Below, piece after piece: positions 58,982-64,000 of a stretch of DNA of 64,000 nt. The first letter of the stretch is position 1; every line of letters starts with the position of its first letter. The DNA is taken from NCBI RefSeq assembly GCF_009914755.1, contig NC_060925.1; one strand, 5' to 3'. The translations under genes and the position numbers were made by a program. This stretch comes from the human T2T-CHM13v2.0 reference genome, Homo sapiens. The notes beneath the pieces are model-generated. The model made no database searches, was not told the origin of the DNA, and saw nothing but the letters and a program-made list of their open reading frames with translations.

Positions 58982-61900
58982 ATAAGCTTGTACAAAGAAA
59001 AGGAAAATAATACATTGTAAATACTGTGTCTACTGCAACTTCTTATCTCCCTATGCTCCATGGTGCTTTGCACATAGTAGGTGCACAGAAAATTAATTTG
59101 GATAAATATATCTGTTGAAAGTAAACAGTTATCTACTCTCTTTGCCACTATTCTTCCTGGGTCTTGATAATTCTCTCAGTTAGTGTCACTTTTATGAGTT
59201 TTGCATTAATTATACTATTAGCAGGCACATACTCTTAATAACAACAACAACAAAAAACCCAGGTCTTAAAATCTTAATTAAATCTGTTTTTTTTCCTCAT
59301 AGATTTTATCCCAGGAATATTACCCACTGTTTTACACTATCATCATTTTGGTTTCTGCTATACCAGCAGCACTGCTTAATGAAAGTTTTGTCTCCTCTTG
59401 TATTTCTTAAATATTTAAAGGCACTCACGGTTCTTATTTTTTATTATGATTTCAACTATAAAATACTCCTCTCCTCTGCAACCTTGAAATGTTCTTTCCT
59501 CAAGACTCTATTGCTGCCTAAGATTATCCAACTTGTAAAACGGGAAAATGAGAAATAGAACTGCTGTGGAAGGACTTTGGGGGCAGGCACAAAAAAATCA
59601 GATATTAGGGAATTCTGGTCCAAAGAAGAGTCCAGAAAAGGATGAAAAGAAAAAAAAAAAAAGAAAACATGCACAGTGATGCCAGTACTGAACTCAGACA
59701 CTAGTCAAGATGGTAAAAAACAGAGAGAGGTGTGCATTTTTAAAACCATTACATCAAAACACCTTACCTCTGGCTCATTTTTGTAGATATTGCAAATTTG
59801 GCCATTTATATTACTGTTTGAAATCGTTTTTGACTATAATAAAAATAGCATTCCCTGCATTAATAAATGTTTCAGTTTATTAGCATTAAGTTTACATCCA
59901 TGGTTCCTTCAGGCACAAAACATTAGGAAATTTTTGTCATTTCATAACACCTTTATTTTATTAAGAGATGCCTCCACTTTAGCAGTACTTTCAATTATAC
60001 TTAACCTTAATATATACATTTAAACATATAATTGGAAAATTGATCTTTGAGACTTACATAAGTCAGGAAATTATAATTTAGAAGTAACTGATTTTTACAC
60101 CAGTAATCACATTATTTATTCAACAAGTGCTATGGAGTGCCTGCTATGTGTTAGGCATTGCACTCATACATACACAAAGATGAACAATACCTAATTCTTA
60201 GCTTTTAGGACTATGTAGTCAAGTAGAAAAAAAACATTCTACACAAGAAAAAAGGAAATGATTTTTACAAAATCATATGTTATTATAATTCCAGGGTTAA
60301 AAGAAATTTTGAGGGTATCTATTCACCTTTGTCAAAGCATAACTAAATCAGAATCTAGTTAGAGAAAGACATTCTAGGCTTATGTCGTTTTATAGCCAGA
60401 AGACACTCAAGTCTGGAGAGGAAAGAGCTAGACAGAGAATTAATGTAAGTGTCTAGATTTTAAGTTTAATGCCTTTTCCAGAATATTGCACTGCTCACAT
60501 GAATTTGTTTAGTATTTTGCTTCATGCTTTTATAACGCTCATTGCTTATTAATATTAAAGTAGCCAATAGGAATCTTAAAATGTTTCTAAATATAATATG
60601 ATCAAAATAATTCCATAGTCTAGTAAATTATCCAAAGTCTAGACACATCTTTAATTAGACATTTCAACCAATAAAATACAAAATGAGTTTGTTCTACATA
60701 CTTGCTGAAAGTAATATAATTAATTTTTGAAATATCAAATGTTGGAAATAATTTCCAAGATCTATAGTTAATACATGCTTTCTTCACATCTTTCATAATG
60801 TGTTCAATTTGAACTTTTTTAGTACCTCAAGCATATGGAGCTCATAATAAATACGTATTGATCAAATATTAGTGATATTTGAATAATCATTATATTAGAA
60901 ATCTCTTATGAATGGCTAATTTATTTTTGTAAGAAGAACTTGGCCTAGAATCAAAAGAGTAGGCATCTACAACATTTAGCTATATGTCTAGACTGTGTCT
61001 TGATTCATCAGTTGCTAAAAGGTACACATGAAATCAGAAAATTAGCATTCAGACATCTCTGCATAAAATTTAGTTGTTGGTGTTTGTTTTAATTTTTTTT
61101 CCAGTGAAGGAGCAGCTTTGGCTTACTATTCAAGCTCGAGGTCAGGGCTTGAAAACTTGAAAAATGGAAAAAGGATTAAGAGAACCTTATATTCCTGAAT
61201 AGCAAAGGTATAGTTTAAAAACAATAAGTGTGTCAATTGGTTTTCACAGTAACTTCTCTACTTCCTAGCACACTAGTATCTAAGAGTAACTGCTAATAAA
61301 ATAAGCCACATTTAAATACATGTGTTCTAACATACATTTTCCATTTCACACTAACTTCACTTATATTCACAATTAATAGGAACATTTGGCATCATTCTAA
61401 TTGCCAAAAAAAAATTCTAAAATTCTGTGTTTGTTTACATGTAAGACTTAAAGAAAGCAAGCATAAGAAAAGCAACCATACATTCTGATGTATTCTTAGA
61501 AACATATCATTATAAAAAGGTTTGGGCTACATAATACATAATTGCACTTGGGTGTAATTTTTTAATCTTTAAATTAGAAAAGACAGATGATTATTTTCTG
61601 CCTTCACCAAAGAGAGAAAAGATGTTAAATATTAATATCTCCTTGTTACACTTTTTTTTTTTTTTAAGACAAAGGGATATAAGAAGGATATAATAAGCAC
61701 TGTGAATGTTCCTGCTAATCTTCCTGGAATTTCCTCCTATATTAAACTATATCTTATCTATACTATTTAAACTATTCTTCTGATATTCTTCACATGTGAA
61801 CGAGATGATATTTTGCAAAGTTTAAGCATTGTGGCAGCTACCCACTTATAAAGAGCAGCTTTATCCACTTCTGAATTAGGAACAAAAAACTCACGAATAC

Positions 61901-62316
61901 AAATGAAGGTTTTCATTAAGCCACATTCTTGTTTATTACAGAGTGACAGTAATAAATTTTCAGGATTTCAATTTAACGTTAAAAACAAATCCCAATTCCC
62001 CCATCTCTTTGATGCAGCTGGCTGCACTATGCATAATGTCTGATACACAATGGCACTGTCTATTGTTACAGAACTGGCTTATTTGTATATTGAAAGCTGC
62101 ATTCAAATTTGTATGGTTCAGAATGTTCAAAGAAATGCACAAATTGACTACTTTAATATTCCTCAATTTGTCATAATCGTTTTTGTGTGAGTGTTTTTCT
62201 TATTTAAGGCTGTCGTAATGTCATTTATATTCTTTAAGGAAGAAGCAACAATTCTTCTGAAATCTCATAGTCGAAAGCTAAAGACAGGGGCCTAGGTCAA
62301 GCTCAAAGTCACTTAC

Positions 62317-62357
62317 AGGACGTGAAAATCACCTCGGATTTAATCTAGGCTTAGCAG
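62317..62357 (-). other. Candidate 41-nt alternative cassette exon of NEGR1 (stop-containing)
   Basis: ctttcttcagttcttttcctgtAG | CTGCTAAGCCTAGATTAAATCCGAGGTGATTTTCACGTCCT | GTAAGT; splice-site pattern only. Confidence 0.4.
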
Positions 62358-62839
62358 CTACAGGAAAAGAACTGAAGAAAGGCCTTGTTTTATGTTTTCT
62401 GACAGTAAAATGAAATAAAACGTGGAATATTATAGAAAGGATTTTGTAAGTGAAAGGGAGTGGTTGAGAAGAGGCAAAGTGAGTGTTGGAAAGGATATTG
62501 AAACTTGAAGAAGGCTGGAAGAAGAGGTCAAGGGAATCCTATGACTGAAAGCAGCATCAGAGACACAAACATACTGATCTTGGAGCCCTGCAAATACATC
62601 TCTTTATATTGAACATTTTGAGTCTTTTTCTATTCCTAGGTGTGTTTACTAAATTATACAAGTCTGCTAATACCAATTATCCTATAAATGCCCTTCTTAA
62701 TTCTTAAAATACGTATTGCACAACTGAATTGCATTTGAGTTTGTTTTTTAAGTTATGAAACAGGTATCCTGAGTCTGTAAATACAGTTTATTTCCTGATC
62801 ACTGAGCTACAAAAAGTACAGATTCAAAAAGCAATTTTT

Positions 62840-63163
62840 GGCTGGGCCAGATGACTCACACCTGTAATCCCAAGCACTTTGGGAGGCTGACGCAGGAGGA
62901 TCCCTAGAGGCCAGGAGTTCGAGATCAGCCTGGGCAACAAAGCGAAAAATCCCATCTCTACAAAAAATAAAAAAAATTAAAAAGTGATATGTGTTGGCAT
63001 ATGCCTATCATAGTAGCTACTTAAGAGGCTGTGGTGAGAGGATTGCTTGAGCCCAGGAGGTCAAGACTGCTGTGAGCTCTAATTGCACCTTGCACTCCAG
63101 CCTGGGCAACAGAGCATTTCTTGAAACAATTTCTTATCTCAAGAAAATAAAATGAAATTTTTT
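62840..63163 (+). mobile_element. AluJ
   Basis: J diagnostics gaggattgcttgagcccaggagg.caagactgc; TSD aaaaagc(a/t)attttt. Confidence 0.9.
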
Positions 63164-64000
63164 AAAAAGCTATTTTTAAAACATGGAAAAAAAACTTACA
63201 AAATCAAGAAAAATGATTGTCATTATTGCATAGATACTAATTAGAGACAAATGTAGTTGCATGTTGTTCATTTGAAGATATTACCTTTTCATCACTTCAC
63301 TGGTAGAGATTAGAGGTCCTTTTCCAGCATTTCAAAAAATGTGGGAAAAACTAGTCTCTTCTACTTGCCATAGATAACTTACTATTGCAATTCCTGAGGA
63401 TACGTAATTCCACTGTTAAATACAGGGTGGGATAGCAATCACATTATAATTATCAAACTTTTGGGCAGGGCATATAAAGAATTGGCCAGAATTTTTTTTT
63501 GTTAATCTCTTCATTTAATTCTTTGATTATATCATTATGACCAACTCCTCCTCACCCACCCCCCCTTTTTTTTTTTTCAAAATTAGTTGCATTCAGAACA
63601 TTTTGAGTATAAAGAATTAAGACCTTCAACAAAATACTGCAGCACTGTGAGCCGCAAATTTCTATAGGCGCTATAGGAGGGGTTATTAATATCCTTAGAC
63701 TATTGTGAATGTTGGAGGAGATAATGTATGTGCCTGTGCTTTGTAATGTACACATCAGTTTGTAAAAGCAATTTGAGACTAAGGCATAACTGTCAGACGC
63801 TAATAGTTAGGACTTTAAAGAAAAAAAAAAAACCTTTAAAATTTGTTGTCATTTGATAAACAAATTCTCACCATTGAATAGTAAATCTTTCCATGATTAA
63901 TCAATTCAATCAATTCAATCATAGACATAAGGTTAAGTGTAATGACCCAAAACTAATGTATTTGGGTAAAATAAAATTATCTTCACCTACAGGCTCAGTT

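Noticed and set aside
62333-62371. Alternative in-frame forms of the candidate exon (internal donor GAG|GTGATT, upstream acceptor ttcttcAG)
   Set aside because: The 25-nt form frameshifts; the 39-nt and 55-nt forms hit TAG within five codons; none gives an in-frame insert keeping the GPI signal

Overview
Human (hominoid-type) AT-rich genomic DNA containing the 3' end of NEGR1 (IgLON-family, GPI-anchored neuronal adhesion molecule; chr1p31.1 from recall) on the minus strand. The only real coding sequence is the 125-nt coding part of the terminal NEGR1 exon (47181-47305), which encodes the GPI-anchor signal and is absent from the ORF track. Positions 47306-64000 are the 3' end of the last intron. 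The 3' UTR runs leftward, with candidate poly(A) sites near 42.68 kb and 35.68 kb. The left half is intergenic and repeat-rich: a COX6A1 processed pseudogene, old L1s, a 5'-truncated SVA, Alus (one AluYi6-like), MaLR proviruses (THE1, MST), ERV1 solo LTRs and hAT MITEs, often nested with visible target-site duplications (TSDs). The best leads are (i) a candidate 41-nt stop-containing cassette exon in the last NEGR1 intron that would give a GPI-less, NMD-escaping soluble NEGR1, and (ii) a long 3' UTR isoform carrying an inverted Alu pair and a whole antisense THE1 provirus. Both are inferences needing RNA data and may already be annotated. Repeat subfamily names are from memory of consensus sequences, and old-repeat boundaries are approximate.
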